DNA from: Lama guanicoe
Lineage: Eukaryota
Direction of reading: 5' to 3'
DNA: 64,000 nucleotides
NCBI GenBank assembly: GCA_013239625.1
Contig: MU054323.1
Span: forward strand, 9,703,186-9,767,185
Part shown: piece after piece, positions 39,401-54,400 of the stretch
Layout of the letters: each line of letters starts with the position of its first letter
How positions within the stretch are numbered: position 1 is the first letter of the stretch
Position numbers and translations under genes: made by a program
Notes under the pieces: generated by a model
The model's input: the letters and a program-made list of their open reading frames with translations, nothing else
Told to the model about the DNA's origin: nothing
The model's database searches: none

Positions 39401-42400
39401 CACATCCTGAGCTGTAGGGAAGAGTTAGGGATTGACAATCTTTGTGACACTGTAGCACAAAGAGATGAAGAGGCCTGATCAAATGCGTGATCCCGAGCGC
39501 GGGGCCTGTCATCTTTGCACCCTGCAGGCCTTCCTCATTCCGGGTCCTCTGATTTCGACCCATCAGACACATACCGCAGTGTGCACCTTACAGAGCAGCT
39601 TCACGTTTCTTATCTCTTGTGCTCTGTGCAGTAACTGTGAGATGGACAGAGCACAGGGCCAGATGCCTGTGTTTTCTTGATGATGTACTGAGGCTCAGAG
39701 AAGCCAAGTAACCATCCCCAAACTTGGGTCCACAGAAAAAGCAGCTGCCCTGCTGACTGCAGAGCTGCAGAGGAGGGAGCTGAGGCTCAAGGAGGTTTAG
39801 CGGTTGACCCAGAGTCTCCACCTGGGTTATCTGATTCCTACTCCACTATGACCAAGACCAGGCCAGTTGGGCCAATAGTTAAGAGAGGAAGAGGATAACA
39901 ACTCGTGTTTCCTGCTCAGTACTGTGCCAGGGACTCTACCGGTGATGGTTGAAGTAATTCAGTGGATTATTTCTAATGTGGTTTACCATGTGCTGTTCTA
40001 AGTTCTTTATGGGCACCTTATTTAATCTACCCAACTTCTCTTCGAAGAATGTATACTTGTCATCCCCATTCTTCCAAAGGAGGAAACTGAGGGTTTACAA
40101 GGTTAAGTACTTTGCCAAGGTCCAAGGTCCCACAGCTGGTCCATGGTGGAAGCAGGATTCAAACCCATGCTGCCCGACACCCACAGGGCCCACCCTGAGC
40201 ATCTCTAAGACCCATTAAGGCAGCGGGGGTTATCTCCTATCTTTTTTGGACTGTGAGAATTTAAGTAAGTCACATTCCCACAGTTAGCAAGAGGCAACCA
40301 AATGTCAAACCCAGGTTGTCTGACTCGACCACGTCCCCTTGAAAGTGAGAATGCCCTTGAGGCTGTGGTCACGGCACCTGCAGAAACGGGCTTGTGCCGG
40401 GCCATGCGTGACGGGAACTGCTCACGCACAGCCCTGTGTGTGCCCTGAATGAGCCTGGCTGGGAAGAGAAAGAAAAGTATGTAATCAAACATGCCAGTCA
40501 GAAAACAACCACACTGACAGTCACCCCCTCATCTGTAGGATGCTCTGCCCTTGCGAGGGCACAGTCACGATTCCCACCCNNNNNNNNNNNNNNNNNNNTC
40601 CCCTGCCAGGCAGAGACAAAACGGAGACAAGCCATGTGACAGAGCATGGCCATCAGTCCACTTTCCGGCTCCGTATCTTATCCCCCACCCCTCTTCTAAG
40701 TCCCCTCCCCGCCCCAGCTTCACAGCCACCGCTGCTCACATGACTTCTCCCTGTGTGTGCCCGCAGGGATTTACCTGTCCAGGCCAGGAGGCTGGTGGAC
40801 CTGATGAAGAGTAACACGGTAAGTCTGCGGAGGTGCTGCCTGGGACCCCTTGAGGCAGGACTGCCCGGAGCAGGGAGTGAGCGTGAGAAATCACGGAGAC
40901 GGGGAGGGTCTGCTCTGCGGGAGGACAGGGCCACGTGGAAGTCCAGAGAATCCCCCTTTAAAAAAAATAGCAAATGATTTTGCACCCATGACTTCTGACT
41001 CAGAACCCCCAAACCAAAGAACAGAAAATATCAACGTCCACTAAACCCTCTGGTGTGTGAGGACCTGTCCCTGCAGCGTTCAGCACTTTGTATTTTCCTG
41101 GACTTGACTCTGGGCAAGGCATTTATTTGTTTCCCATTCATTCCAGAACATAAATTTCCAGGAAGATTGGAAGATAATAACCCTGTTTATAGGAGGCAAT
41201 GATCTCTGTGATTTCTGTGATGACATGGTAAGTCCCCAGGCCCTAACCCCCAAGGGTCCCCCGGGGAAGGATTTCTACTCACGGTCACCAGAGCAGTGCA
41301 GCTGGGCTAGAACTTGGCTTGCAGTCTGGCACAGATCTGGGGGCCCGGCAGCCGCTGACACACAGCTGTGTCCTCAAGGAACTCACACTGCCAGGGCAGG
41401 GAGACACAGACAACCCACCATGACTCGATGAGAAAATGTCCCAGTGTGTTTCTAGTGCTGCACACAGAAGAGAGGTCTGGGGTCCGAACTGCCATGGAAT
41501 GTGGGAGGGGGAGCAGGTGTTGTCAGAGGTTTACAGAGAGCAGGAGACTTTCCAACTGGGACATGAACAGGAGAAGCTTGTCAGGCAGAAAGGGGACCAG
41601 CAGAGCAAAGTTTAAGAAGTGACGGGTCTTGCCGTGGCCTGAGAGCAACTGCCCTGGGGGATGACCCTGCCCCCTAGACCCCTCTCGGCCTGCTTTCCTG
41701 GCAGCAATGTCACCAGGTCTGGGGTTTCCAGCTGTGACGTGAAGAGCCCCCAGTGGGGCCTCGGGGTGGCTGGGGTGAGGGCAGGTGGGACCATGGGCCC
41801 CTCCCCTGCTTGCTCTGAAGCTTTGATCTGTTTATTAGAGCAGGGTTCTTGGTTAGATTTTGTTCAGAGGAAGAGTTCCACGGCTTTCAAAAAGTTTAAA
41901 AACCACAAGTATTGCAATCAGGGGAAATCACCATTAAAATGTATCTGTGCTTGGGACGGGGTTCGCGGGACCCCCTTCCCCTCTTGGTATCTACTTAAGT
42001 GATTTGATTGGGCTGTGGGTTCCCAGGCACTTGAGGCACCAAGAGGAAGTGATCAGGCCTTAGGACAAAAAATGTCCAAGCTGCAGGCGATCTTAGAGGT
42101 CCTCTGCTCAGCACCCCATTGTAGAGGGACCCAGAGGTGTGCCGTGCTTTAGCTAAGGCCCTCTGTCTAGTTGACATGAAGTGGACCCAGATCTTTCATA
42201 GCTCCATGCAGAGGAAGGGGTCACAGCTTTGACAAGCCTGAGGGCCGTGGAGTTGGCATGGAAGCTGGGGCCCCAAAAGACAACCTGTGATTCAGTGTTG
42301 CCCTTCTGGTCCTGATCTGCAGAGAGGTTGGATGATGAATGGTGTCAGAGACGTTTCCTCTGCCTACAGGTTCACTATTCTCCCGAGAACTTCGTAGCCA

Positions 42401-45400
42401 ACATTGGGAAGGCTTTGGACATCCTCCACACTGAGGTATGAAGGCCGGGCCACATGGCCTCTGAGCATCTCAACCATAGGCCTCCTTCCTCTTGGCCTCC
42501 AGTCTGAGCTCAGAAGTGGCTCTGGCTTCCCGCTGAGACCTCCCTACCAGGTCCCCTTCTCCTGGAGACCAGCACTAACCAAGGTGTCAGTCCTGGTCCC
42601 AGCAGCCTGAACACAAACATGTCAGTGGGGAGCAGAGGCGGGAGGAGGCAGGGATGAAGGAAGTGGGTGGGGCCAGATGAAAGGCCACAGACCTGATGCC
42701 CAGCGGAGAAGCTGGCCCCAGACCCAGGTGAGAGGCTGAGCTGCCGAGCCTCGGGCCTCTTGGTTCTGATCTTGCCTTTGCTCAGGTGCCTCGGGCGTTT
42801 GTGAACCTGGTAAAGGTGCTGGAGATGATCAACCTGAGGGAGCTGTACCAGGATAAGAATGTCAGCTGCCCGAGGCTGATCCTCCGGTAAGATGGACATT
42901 TCTCCATGGGCCCCTTTGCAGAAAGTGACTCTGGTTACTTAGAAGAGCCAAGGGCAGGAGTGTGAGGAGTGCTCAGACCCCTTGTCAAACCTGATAAGGC
43001 CTCCTGGATGCGACATCCCAGGGCTTTTGTGACCCCAGTCTAGGCTTCCGCTCCCCTGGAATGCATTTACAACCCAACTGGGCTTCTGTTCCCTGCAGCC
43101 CAGGTCACCCTCAGTCCTCCAGGGAGGGATGCGGAAAGCAGGAGGGATGGAGTGAGCCTCTGTGGACCAGGCTCACTGGCTGCTGCTAGGGCCTGCTTCT
43201 CAGTGTGTCCAGAGCTCCCCACCACCCTCAGAGACCGAGCTCCAGGACCGAAGGAGCCTCTGGTGTGGGTGCTCCAGGCTGGGCATTCACAAAGGTAGAG
43301 CTGTTTTCACCTTCTAGAAGAGAGGGTGGTCAAGTTGGAATCAGTAGGGTCCAGAGGACAGAGCCTTCCCTGGAGCACAGAGTCTTGGCCCTAGAGGCCA
43401 ATCTCCAGAGCCAAAGATGGCTCTCCTCTAATGCTACACGTGACCCTCAGGGAGAAAATGTCCTTCTAACCCAAGCACAAACCATTCCTTCCTGCAAGGC
43501 CTCCTCTGGACCATTAGTCCAGATCATGGTGTCTATGTGCCCCCATCCCCTTCTCCCCTCCCCAGCCCTGGAGCTCTGTACAGGCCCCCACTGTAGCCCT
43601 GAGCACATCACACGGTGATGACTCTTGTGCCTCCCCGCCCCACCCGGCCCTGAACTCTGTGTCTGAGTCACCACCAGCGTGGTATAGGGGTTCAGTGGCT
43701 GTTTGCTGAATGACTGAATGAATAATTCACAAGGATCAGATTTGCTCTTGGAAATTAAGGGGTACCTGGCTGTTCCCCTGTAGATCCATGCCAGTCCGTC
43801 CACACCCCTGGGGGCCTAGATCGTACAGGTCCCCCGGGGAAGGCCTGAGGCTGCAGAGCGCAGAGGGAGCACAGCTCCGGGTGACACGTGCCTGTTAGCG
43901 CGGTTGGTGCCAGGCGTGCTATTTTCAGCTGCTGACTCATCCCCGGCTCCCACTTTCTCCAGTCACTGGGCCACATCGGGGGTTCAGTGTATTCATTCCA
44001 TTTCAGAGCAGCTCACCCAAAAGTCTCTTGCTGGTGATCACCACCGGGTTTTTAGACAATTAAAGCGGAAGGTTCAGAGTAGGACTTTGTCACATTTGGA
44101 ATGGCCAAGTCCCTGACTGTGGGGTTAGATGGACTCAGGGTCACCTTGTCCTGCTGCCTCTCCAGTGCCCTGCACTCCCTGCCTCTCTGCTGTTCTGTCC
44201 CAGTGGGTCTGCTTTCTCTCCTGGTGCTGAGTCTACACTGAGCCATTCACACTCTTAGCACCGCCTGCCCCTGGACCCAAAGCCTAAATTTGCAAGATAG
44301 CTCATCAGGGCACAGGTACAGACTGGACAGAAACAGCTTAACTAGGTAACTAGGGATTAACAGATTCAGGCCAGACAGACTTGAGTTCAAGTCCTGGCTC
44401 CCATGCTCAGCATCCATGGGACTTTGAGAAATTATTTAACTATGCTGAACCTCAGTCTTCTCATCTATAAAATGGGTATAATACAACTTTTGAAATAGCT
44501 AAAAGGATTAAACAAGTTAGTACCCATAAGGCTCTCAGCACAGGAAACATCCAGTATGTAAGCCCCATTGTTAGTATTGTTGTCACTAATAGTTGAAAGG
44601 ACACACGCCTTATCTATACTGTGCTGTCCTCAGACAATCATAAGCTACCTCATCTCCATAAAAATCACTCCTGCAGGTGTCAGAAGATGTAACTATTTCA
44701 TTTCCATGAGCAAATCAAGGTCTGGGAAATCTGTGTGACAGATTAGCCAGCCCGGGCCCCTATTAACACAGGCTTCTGAAACCTCCGAGTTAAATGTGTT
44801 CTGATTCCCAATCCAATGTCTCTGGGTCAGGCACTCAGACGGTGGTTCTGATGGTGCGGGGCATCTCTTTGGTTTGGTCCACAGGAGTCTGTGTCCCTGC
44901 GTCTTGAAGTTTGATGATAACTCAACAGAACTTGCCGCCCTCATCGAGGCAAACAAGAAGTATCAGGTAAGCCGGGAAAGGGTTCCAGGACTGCACAAGG
45001 ACTAGGGCATGGCTTCGTCGCTCTGGTTAGGAAATGAGCACATGATGACATTATTTTGACCCTGACTGGGTGTGAGGTTACCAAGGGCCAGTTTGCAGAT
45101 TTAAAGACACCTGCAAGGCAGCAGTTTCAGTTTATTTGAATCAAGCCATAGAGCCAAGTCACTGAACACACATCTCCACATCTTACTTCCTGGCCTTACA
45201 CACACAAAGTATTTCCAGTTGTCCATGGAGAGTGAGTATGAGCTTCAGACTCCTGGGTGGGAAACGCTTGCCACCCAAGAAAGTCTGGAGGATTCAGTGA
45301 GATAACATGCCTTCCCGCTGCCCCTGACTCCTGCGGGAACAGTGTTATTGGGGCGCACAGGGAGAAAGAAAACCAGCAGATGATCTCCAGACAGCCTGTG

Positions 45401-48400
45401 AATTGTTCCTTTAGGTCTTTCTCCATCAAATCTTTGAGTGGAGCAGCTGACACCCTTGACTCTCTTGAGTTTCCCCCTAAATAATCATCCAGTCCCTCCA
45501 GAGAACAATGGTAGCCTTCTAGCCTTTCTAGAGCAGGCTGGAAGCAGCTTCCAGGATGGAGCCAGCCTTCAGGCCCAAGGTCTCCTTGGAGCAGAACCCC
45601 TCCCCTACTGCATCTTTCAGGGCAGCCACATCTGCCAGCAGTGGCAGGGCTCAGGGGAGTGACCCTCTGTTTACCGTCTCCCAGCCCTCTCGGTGACTCC
45701 CCAGCTACACTTCCTTCTGCCATGAGCAGGCGCCTTCATCTCTGGCGAGGAAGTCCATGGTCTTCGCCAGGAAAGGGAAGGCAGCCAAGGTTATGGCCAT
45801 GAAAGCAAACCTTTTCCAAGTGGGGGTTGGGTGCAAGCAACAAAGGATTATGCAATTCCAGTTAATTTAAGCAGATTTATTATTTAAGCAGAGTATCTGG
45901 AAGAGATAAGGTCATAGGCTGAGCCACCAGAAATTGCAGAATCCTGGAATTCTGGGGACCATGCCATAAGAATCAAAATTAGGCCAAAGAACTCATCCAG
46001 TGGAGACACCATGGACACCACTGTCACTGTCACTGCCGCTTCTAGGAATGAGATGGGTTCTGTGCTGTCCCTCCATTTTTCTATCACTAGCTTCCAAACC
46101 AAAGCCTGAGGTGGGAGCATCTACTGGGGGACCCTCAGGCATGTGCGTGGGGCGTTGGAAAGGCAGCATCTGTCTTTCTCACCTTCTATAGTGAGAAGCA
46201 GGCTGTTCATATAGTGGAGTTTTTCAAACACAGGAAGTGGGTTCAGATGCTGGGCAACCAAAGAGAAGGAGAGCTATTCACCAACACAGCCTTCACTGAC
46301 CGTTCTAGATTGGCCAGCTGTTCTCAGGCCTGATCTTGGTCCCTGACCCTGATCTAGTGTCCTGGAGAAGCTCACAGCTCAGCCACATGAGGCCATCGAG
46401 CCCTCTCTCTGAGTCCTCTCACTCTCTACCATCCGCACCCTGGAGATGATCATTGCTGTCAATAGCCACCATGTGCCAGGCTTTCTTGACACTACTTGTT
46501 TCATTTCTCAAGAGGTGCAGGGTTCCACTGTGAGCCATTGTGACTGATCCATGGAGCCACTAGCAGCATTGGGAGGGACTTAAGGGATAGTCCAGGCCTT
46601 GGTGAATATCCTCCATTTACAAACGAGTAAATAGTGGTCCAGAGAGGGAAAGCATCTTGCTGGAAGTCACACAGCTAGTTAGTGGTATTGCACCTTCTGC
46701 CTGCCTTAAGGCTCTGCCTGTAACTGGAAGACTCCCCCAGGAGGTCAGAAGCGAGGCATCCCCAGCATAGGGGATGACCTGTGGAAGAAGAAGGTGTCTT
46801 GATGTCATGGTGTCTTCTGAAGTGACTGCACTAATGTTCTGGGTATGGAAGCCTTGACTTCTTCCTCCAGCCGGGGTCCTGGCTCTAAAAGATGGCAACC
46901 TGGCAAAGCTGTGAAATGCCAGAGTCTGGCAGAAGTGGGAGTCAGAATTAGGGTAACTGATCCTCCTGGAACTGAGCCCAGTGGAAGCGATGAGGGTAAC
47001 AGCCCTGCCACCTCCGAGACAGATCCGAGAGTCTCAAGGAAGTGTGCACGCACAGGAGCGCACATGCTCGCAGGCACACCCCACTCGCGAGTGATATAAA
47101 TAGGCATTAAACATCGTTGTTGGTTCACCTTTGATTTTCTGGACAAATGTCGGACAGAAATGTAAGGATTATCCAAAAAAAAAGTCGCTTAATCAAATCC
47201 ACACTCCCCCTACCTCCAACCTAGTCTTTAATCAGAAGATTTAAAAGAGGATCAAACGGATGGACTTAGGTTTTTCTTCTTTGCCAGCCTAAGTCCAATA
47301 GATGCAACAGCAGCAGAGGTTAGGGGTGAGGGCTGAGATAAAGGCTGATCTGAAAACTGGCTCCTGATCAGTTGAGATTTTGCTGCAGACTGGTCTCACT
47401 CAAAGGTCAGACTCTGTTTAATTCTATGGTAGAGAAAGAATCCACACAAAGCCAGGGCAGATGCCGAGAGCCCCTTGACCCTGTCCCTCTTCCTCCTACA
47501 GGAGAGGACTCACGAGCTGGTTGAGAGTGGGCAGTACGACACGAGGGAAGATTTTACAGTGGTCGTGCAGCCATTCTTTGAAAAAGTGGACATGCCGAAG
47601 ACCCCGGTAAAGCCTCATGGATAAGTGGGCGCTAGGGGTAGTGCCCAGCTGTTTCTGACCATCATTTGTGTTACCCGACCTCTCTGTAACACGACCCCTC
47701 TGTTCTGCCCTGTGACCAGGAGGGGCTGCCTGACAGCTCTTTCTTCGCTCCTGACTGTTTCCACTTCAGTAGCAAGGCTCATGCCCACGCCGCCTCTGCC
47801 CTCTGGAACAGCATGGTAAGATGACTGAGGGAGGAAAAACTATTCTCCCTCTGATAAGAAGAAGATTCCAGAAGGCTTTCTGGGGACTTCAGGGGCCCAT
47901 GGCTCAGGCTGTGTGTTCCCCATGCAGCAATGATAATAAACCCCATTTCCTCCATCCCTCCCTCCCACCTCCCCCCCATCTTCCCATTCTCGCCACCGCT
48001 TTCTCACTCTCCATCTTCCTGCTTCTTGGTTTAGCTGGAACCTGTTGGCCAGAAGGCAAGACAGTATAACTTTGAAGGCAAGATAAACATCACATGTCCA
48101 GACGAGGTAAAGTGGACTGCACAGCCTTGCCGCAATCTGTCTAAAGCCTCTTTCCCAGCCTTTTAAAGTCTTATTAAGGTTTCTCAGTCCCTTTCATCCC
48201 AGGTTCCTGTCCTCACCCCCAGCTCTGTTCGCCTACCCACCCCCCATCCCTGACTCCAGCCCACAGTGCCCTAACTGGCTGGATTGTGAGGGGTGACAGC
48301 GCGAGAGCTCGCCTGTCTCCCCATGTCGTGGCAAGCCTTGCCACAGGTCTGGACTGTGCACAGCTCTTTCCAGCTGGAAAGAGGAATCTGACAGCACTGT

Positions 48401-51400
48401 CCAGCTCTCGTTTTGAAGACTTGAGGCAGGGAGGATGTGAAGGGCAGGATGGGACAGAAGAGTACCCCATCTCCATGGAGCCACTGCCCCCAGGGCAGGA
48501 TGGGAAGAGTGAGGAACAGGGATCTGAAATAATATCTACCAGGACGGAGGTGGGGGTCGAGGGCGTCAGAAGCCAGAGCCAAGAAAACAGCATTAATCAG
48601 GGAGGCAAAGCAGATCAAGACTGCGGTGTTCCCTCAAAGATTGTCAGAAAGATTCTTGGATCTTCGCAGCTGCTCCCTCACCTCTGTGAGCCCCTCTGGA
48701 TTCCCAGAGGCGTCCCAGGCCCAGGACGGAAACCGCTGAGCTGGGGCTTGCCTGGGGCAGGATCTCAAAGTACTGGCTTTTCTGGTCTGGGCAGGAAGGT
48801 GCTCAGACTGCAGCAGGGTGGGAGTGGTACAAGGTGGCAAGGGGGCCTAGGAAGCAGGGGACATGGGCTTGTAGTAACAGAAAGTGGGGAAGGGAGAGGG
48901 TCGATAAAGAGATAACATGGCCACCGCTGCCAGCTGGAAGGGAGGCAGAGAGCAGCGATGTTCACTCCTGGGAGCCCCTGCAGGGTCTAACCTAGTTGTT
49001 CAAGGAGGTTGCAGAGAGGGCCGGGTGTGCCCCGGGAGGGAGCCGGCAGCCGGCAGCCTGGCGGGGAAGGACTTGGTAATGTGGAAAGTGCTTACCCCCA
49101 GGCCAGCTTGTGGGCTGGTGAGCGGGGAGCAAAGAAGGAAACAAGCAGATTTGCTGCAGTGGCTCCCCTCTCCCACCGTCTCACAGGTCTGGCCGTATCT
49201 GAGCACCTACAAGAACAGCGTGAAGGTATCTGCTTGTTGCTTCCTTCTGGCTCAGCAGCCAAGGCAGGGGACAGCCCCCGAGCAGGGACCGGCCCCACAG
49301 GCAGGGTGGGAATGTGGGCAGGTGCCCTCGGTGGGCAGCCACAGAGGATTCATACTCTTCTGTAAAGTCCATCCACCTGCACCTTCAGACTCGCCATGGA
49401 TAACAGCCCAGAGAGGGGGCCAGCCAGTCAGGCAATTCACAGATTCTCCAAAGACATAAATAAAGAGAGCTGCCCCCTCATAAGGCTGCTGCAGAAGCAG
49501 GGGTGGTGGGCGGTGGGCTGGGCTTATTTTGTGGATGCCCTGATTTTCACATTGGAGGGTGGGGGAGGCAGGTTCTGAGCTAGGATAGTGGATCCCAGCC
49601 TGATACCCAGAATCCCCTAGGGAGTCTTCTTCGCATGTCCTGTTAGTGCCCCCCCCCACCCAGGGTAGGTAAAACTCTCCCAGTGAGTCAGCCGGCCCCT
49701 TTCAGCCCTGAGATTCTGGGATTCATTCCACGCCCCTAGGACCACGGGAGCTGGCTGATGTGCAGTGACAGAGCCCCTTCTGCCTCGCCGCCTACCTCAG
49801 GTAAGCTTCCCGTGGCACACCAGGACCCAGGGCCCTTCCACAAGGACTCAGAGCAGTGAGTGCCCTGATGAGACTTTTCTTTTTCTTTTTTTTTTTTAAT
49901 TGAAGTACAGTCAGTTACAATGTGTCCATTTCTGGTGTACAGCACAGTGTCCCAGTCATGCATATACATACATACATTTGTTTTTATATTCTATTTCATT
50001 AAAGGTTATTACAAAATATTGAATATAGTTCCCTGTGCTATACAGAAGAAAACATTTTTAATCTATTTTTATATGTAGTGGCTAATATTTGCAACATAAT
50101 TAAATGACTTAGTTATGGCAAGTGCTTGCTCCTTGTGTGCATGGTCGCCTGAGACCCCTGGGCCCAGTAGTGAAGCCTTACCCAACAGGACCCAAGGCGG
50201 CCGGGCTGGGGACTGTTGGCTGCCCTCCCAGTTCAGCCTGCTTATGGAAGCACAAGTGGAGGAGCCACCTGAGCGCCACTCTCGAAGGCCCAGCCTGGGG
50301 TGTGACCTCCCTGAGGCCCAGGAGTGGGGTGTGGGGTGCCTAGGGTGTCCCAAGAGGGAGCCAGCTCTGCAGGTGGCCCTCTGGGCCCAGGCTCTGCAAT
50401 AGGACTGGAAAGATCTCTGGAGTCTTCAGAAGAGCCCTGGGGACAGGGAAAGGCCCGGCATGGCTATTTCTCAGATCCTTGGTGGAAATCCAGAGCCCAG
50501 CTCTACCTGAGCTGTGCATCAGGCCCTGTGCCTCAGCTCAGACGGCCCAGCGCCCTTCGGGCCGTGCACTCATGTCTCAGCTGGTGTCCCACATGACCAC
50601 TGGCACCAAAATAGTGGGATCCCACTGTGCCCTACCGGCCACCCCTCCATCTCTCCTTTCCTCCCTTCCCCACTCCCCTCACCTCCCCTTCTCCCCCACT
50701 CTCAGCATGGCTCCCTTCCCATAGGTCCAGGATCGTTTACTGGGTCTCTTATGGGGAGAGTGTTTCCATCTAACCTCTCCCAACCTGGCACCATAAAGGC
50801 TGAGTCCTCCATGGCCCAAACACATGCAGGTCGTGTTTCTGGTCTCACTTAAAGCCAGAATCACCAGGCTCTGACTGCAGCTTCCTTCCCACGGACTCAA
50901 GTGTATCCACTTGTCTTTGCAGTGCATGCCCTGAGACCAGCAGACATCCAAGTCGTGGCTGCCCTGGGAGATTCTCTGACCGTAAGGACTCTCCAGCCCC
51001 ATGCGGGGTGGGGGTGGCTGTGTCAGTTCCAGGTCCCCGTCCTCCTAACCCTGGGCCTGCACTTTTTACCTCTGCGTTCCCTGGCCCCTCTGTCCTGCTT
51101 CTGACAGTCTGAGAGCATGGCAAAGGTTTGATCTTGCAGCCACTTTTCTCAGTCTAGTGTGCAAAGGGGAACCTTTTCAGGCGCAAACTGAATTGTCTCA
51201 GTGGAGGTTTTGAACACTTAACACCACCTTTTTAACAATTGCAAAATTTTGTCATTTGACTCAAAAAACCTTCCAAAGCTACCTGTGTCAGTGCTCTTTT
51301 CCCTTTGGATTATACTTGATGAGCAGCTCCAACCCTCATATCTGTTTCCTCTTGGCATCTGTACCCAAAGCAGCAAAAACACCATAGTTGTGGCAAAAGA

Positions 51401-54400
51401 TTTGCTCTTAAGTTCTGAGAAATGCGACTGTTTTCCATCCCAGAGCACCACTTCCCGGCAACGCTTGTGAGGCCATAAGATGGCCTCACAGAATGTCCCA
51501 GGGGGAAAGAGGAGAAGTGGGAAGCGTATGAGAAATCTGTCCACTGCAGGTGCTTCGTCCACGTGTACAGAGAACTCGGGAGCAGAATGATACTAGTGAT
51601 GGTGTAACAGTGTCTCACATTTGTAAAGCACTTTAGAGGTCTCAAAACAGTTTTTACAACTCTGATCCAATTTGATCATCAAAACAACCCTGTGCAGTAA
51701 GCAGGGCATGACTTCAGTTCTGTAAGGAGGCAGCTGAGCATCCGGGAAGGGTCACAACTTGGAGGGAGCACCACAGAACTCAAGCCTGGATGTCCTGAGT
51801 TCCGAAGTGGCAAGTTCTGGGCACACCACGGTGCATGCGTCAGGGACACCTTCCAAAGCCCTGCATGCACACAGCCTCCCTTTGCTATAACTTGCTGATT
51901 TTCCTGTGGATTTTGATATGTTTTCAAAGGCTGGCAATGGAATTGGCTCCAAACTGGATGACCTTTCTGATGTCACCACTCAGTATCGAGGGCTGTCATT
52001 TAGGTAATGTTAACCCATGACCCCTCCCATCCCCTGCTCACCCCCAGAGCGTGGGTAGGGGGTTGTCTCCTGTAAATGCGTAAATACCAAAGAGCAAGGA
52101 CCCGGTCTGGAAGAGGCTTTCAGAAGGAAAACTTATATATTGTGCAAAATGTAACTGTTTGGTGATTTTACTGTCAATAATCCTTTTCTTTTAATTGTGC
52201 AGAAAAAGCAAACCGGGGTTCTTAGATTCCTGGGTCAACAAATCCAACATGAAATGCACCTGAAAAGCACCAAATCTCTGGGTCTTCACCTGCCCGTTTT
52301 GCATGTATATGTGCTCGTGTGGATGCTCCCTCGTCTCTGTTTCATGTCTGTCTGTATTTATTCATGTTGTTCTGTAGTCACACCTCTGCCTTTAAGTATA
52401 TGCACACATCCGTACAGAAAACTCCGAAACGCAGCACACACTGCAGGTGGAAATAACCAAGACAAAAATCACAGCCAACAGGCGTTGCTGAGCCCCTCCC
52501 ATTTGCCTGCGTGATTGAGGCGGGTGGGTGAGGGGGATACATGGGAAGCACAGGCAAATTCTTAGGCTCACTTGGCAAGTGTTATTTAAAAATTAAAGAT
52601 GTCTGAGCACTACAGGAATAGAGACAAGAGAATAACTAACCCTGCCAGCTGGGGTAGGAAGGCTTCCCAGAGAAAGTGGTACCCAGTGATGTGGTGACAG
52701 ACTAGCAGTTAAGTTAGGTAGGGGAGAAAAGACATTCTGCACAGGAAGTAGGAAAGCTGAAGCTGTGTCAGGAGAGCAGTTGGATGTGGGTTTTCTTAAG
52801 TTTCTTTCTTTCTTAATATAGTTCATGTTTATGTCCGCGTCACAGTAATTGGCAATTAGCTCAGAATTCAAAAGCACTAGAACACCGGCCACCACAAGAG
52901 GGCAGAGCGCTAATGAGCAGTGGGGCCACCTCCCTTTCCTGCAGGGTGAATTCAAATGAAATATTTCTCCCAGGAAAGCGAGAGGGAATGGGGTGGGCGC
53001 AATGAGGGCTGTGACAGCTCCTGGCCAGCCCTGAGGACGGTCCCAGAGAGTTTTCCCCGGGCAGGAGAGAGGGGTCCTCACTCAGCAGTAGTCACCCACA
53101 GGGAGGATCTGGGTGTGGGTAGCATGAGGGCATCGTCACCCTGCTGAGGGCTGAGGTGAAGGCCTCCCAGCTCCCGAGGCCCCCAGATTCCCACACACCC
53201 CCAGCAAGGTCCAGGTGGGTGGTCTCTAACCCACAGCCGAGGAGCAAAATTGAGTATTGCCTACTGACCACTCTGCCCTAGCTGTTCCTGAGGCTGCAGG
53301 AGAAAGGACTGCTTATTACAATCCAAAAAGCATGAGGTTGGGCAGGTGGAGGGAGGTATAGCTCAGTGCAGTGCGTGTTCAGTGTGCACGAGGTCCTAGG
53401 TTCAATCCCCAGTCCTCTGTTAAATAAATAAATAAATAAACCTAATCTATCCCCACCAGGGAAAAAAAAAAAGCATGAGGTTTTGGCAGTTTTACTTAGT
53501 TTGAGCTAAAGAAGGCTTAGTCTGGCCTCACATCATAGCAGGGGAAGCAGACAAACCAGCCAGCAGACGCCAAATAATCCAGGCCTGGCAGTGCAGTCAG
53601 GGGAAGTGGGGTGATCTGCCTGGTCTCACAAACAGTTGAACTGGGTGGATTCCTGGGATTCAGACACAAACAGGCCATCTTCTGCTGCATGTTTCTCCCT
53701 GCAGCAGCGGGGAGACCCAGCTATGGCTCTGTTTCTTCCTACAAGTGAGGTCCAGTTTCCAAGGCCTCGTGTATTCAATGGCTGCTGTCCCTCTAAACCC
53801 TTTATTCTAAATGTTTCAGATACCTGCCCAAGATCATGTGTGTTAGAAACAGCTCTTGGTCAGAGTCTGAGAGATAGCTGGACACTTGACAAAATGTATA
53901 GACTAGCGTTTCCCAAACTGTGTTTCGTGAAACACTAGCCCCAGTTTCTATATTTTGAGGGAACCATTTCCTACTATAGCCTTCCCCTGGGGAATTGACA
54001 TGCACGTTGGCATATTAAAGTCTTTGAGAAGCCCTGAGATGAAGAAATCTGTGTAAGTTGTTTCTGTTTAAGCCAATGTTTCCCTTAATCCCAGAACTCT
54101 TTCTTTGTTCGTGATACCTATTAGCGCCCCCTGGGATGTGTCCATGTAGTAGACTGATCTGAGAAAAAGCAATTTTCTGAAGCCATTAAAGCTTCTGGAT
54201 AGGAAATATGAGGCAATTCATGATTCTAGGTAAATTAAGAACTCAATTGGAGCCTCTTCCTCCAAGGAAACAGTGAAGAGAGTGGACCGCATGCAGTCAG
54301 ACTAGGGAGAATTCTCGGTAGGAGGGTGGCTGTGAGCAGGATCTGCAGGAGGGGGTTTGGCTGTGAATATTTCCAAAGCCTCCTGACCTGTGAGAATCAT

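Noticed and set aside
40580..40598. N gap as a possible hidden feature or missing exon
   Set aside because: Flanking exons (37918-38026 and 40767-40818) join in frame and match the repeat III pattern, so no exon is missing; C-rich flanks suggest a simple-sequence sequencing gap.
47082..47102. 12-bp palindrome cactcgcgagtg followed by TATAAATA
   Set aside because: Several 12-bp palindromes are expected by chance in 64 kb, and there is no CpG island or first-exon signal downstream.
48286..49459. 209-aa and 180-aa + strand ORFs
   Set aside because: Chance ORFs in GC-rich intron; the second only reads through the 39-nt PLB1 exon.
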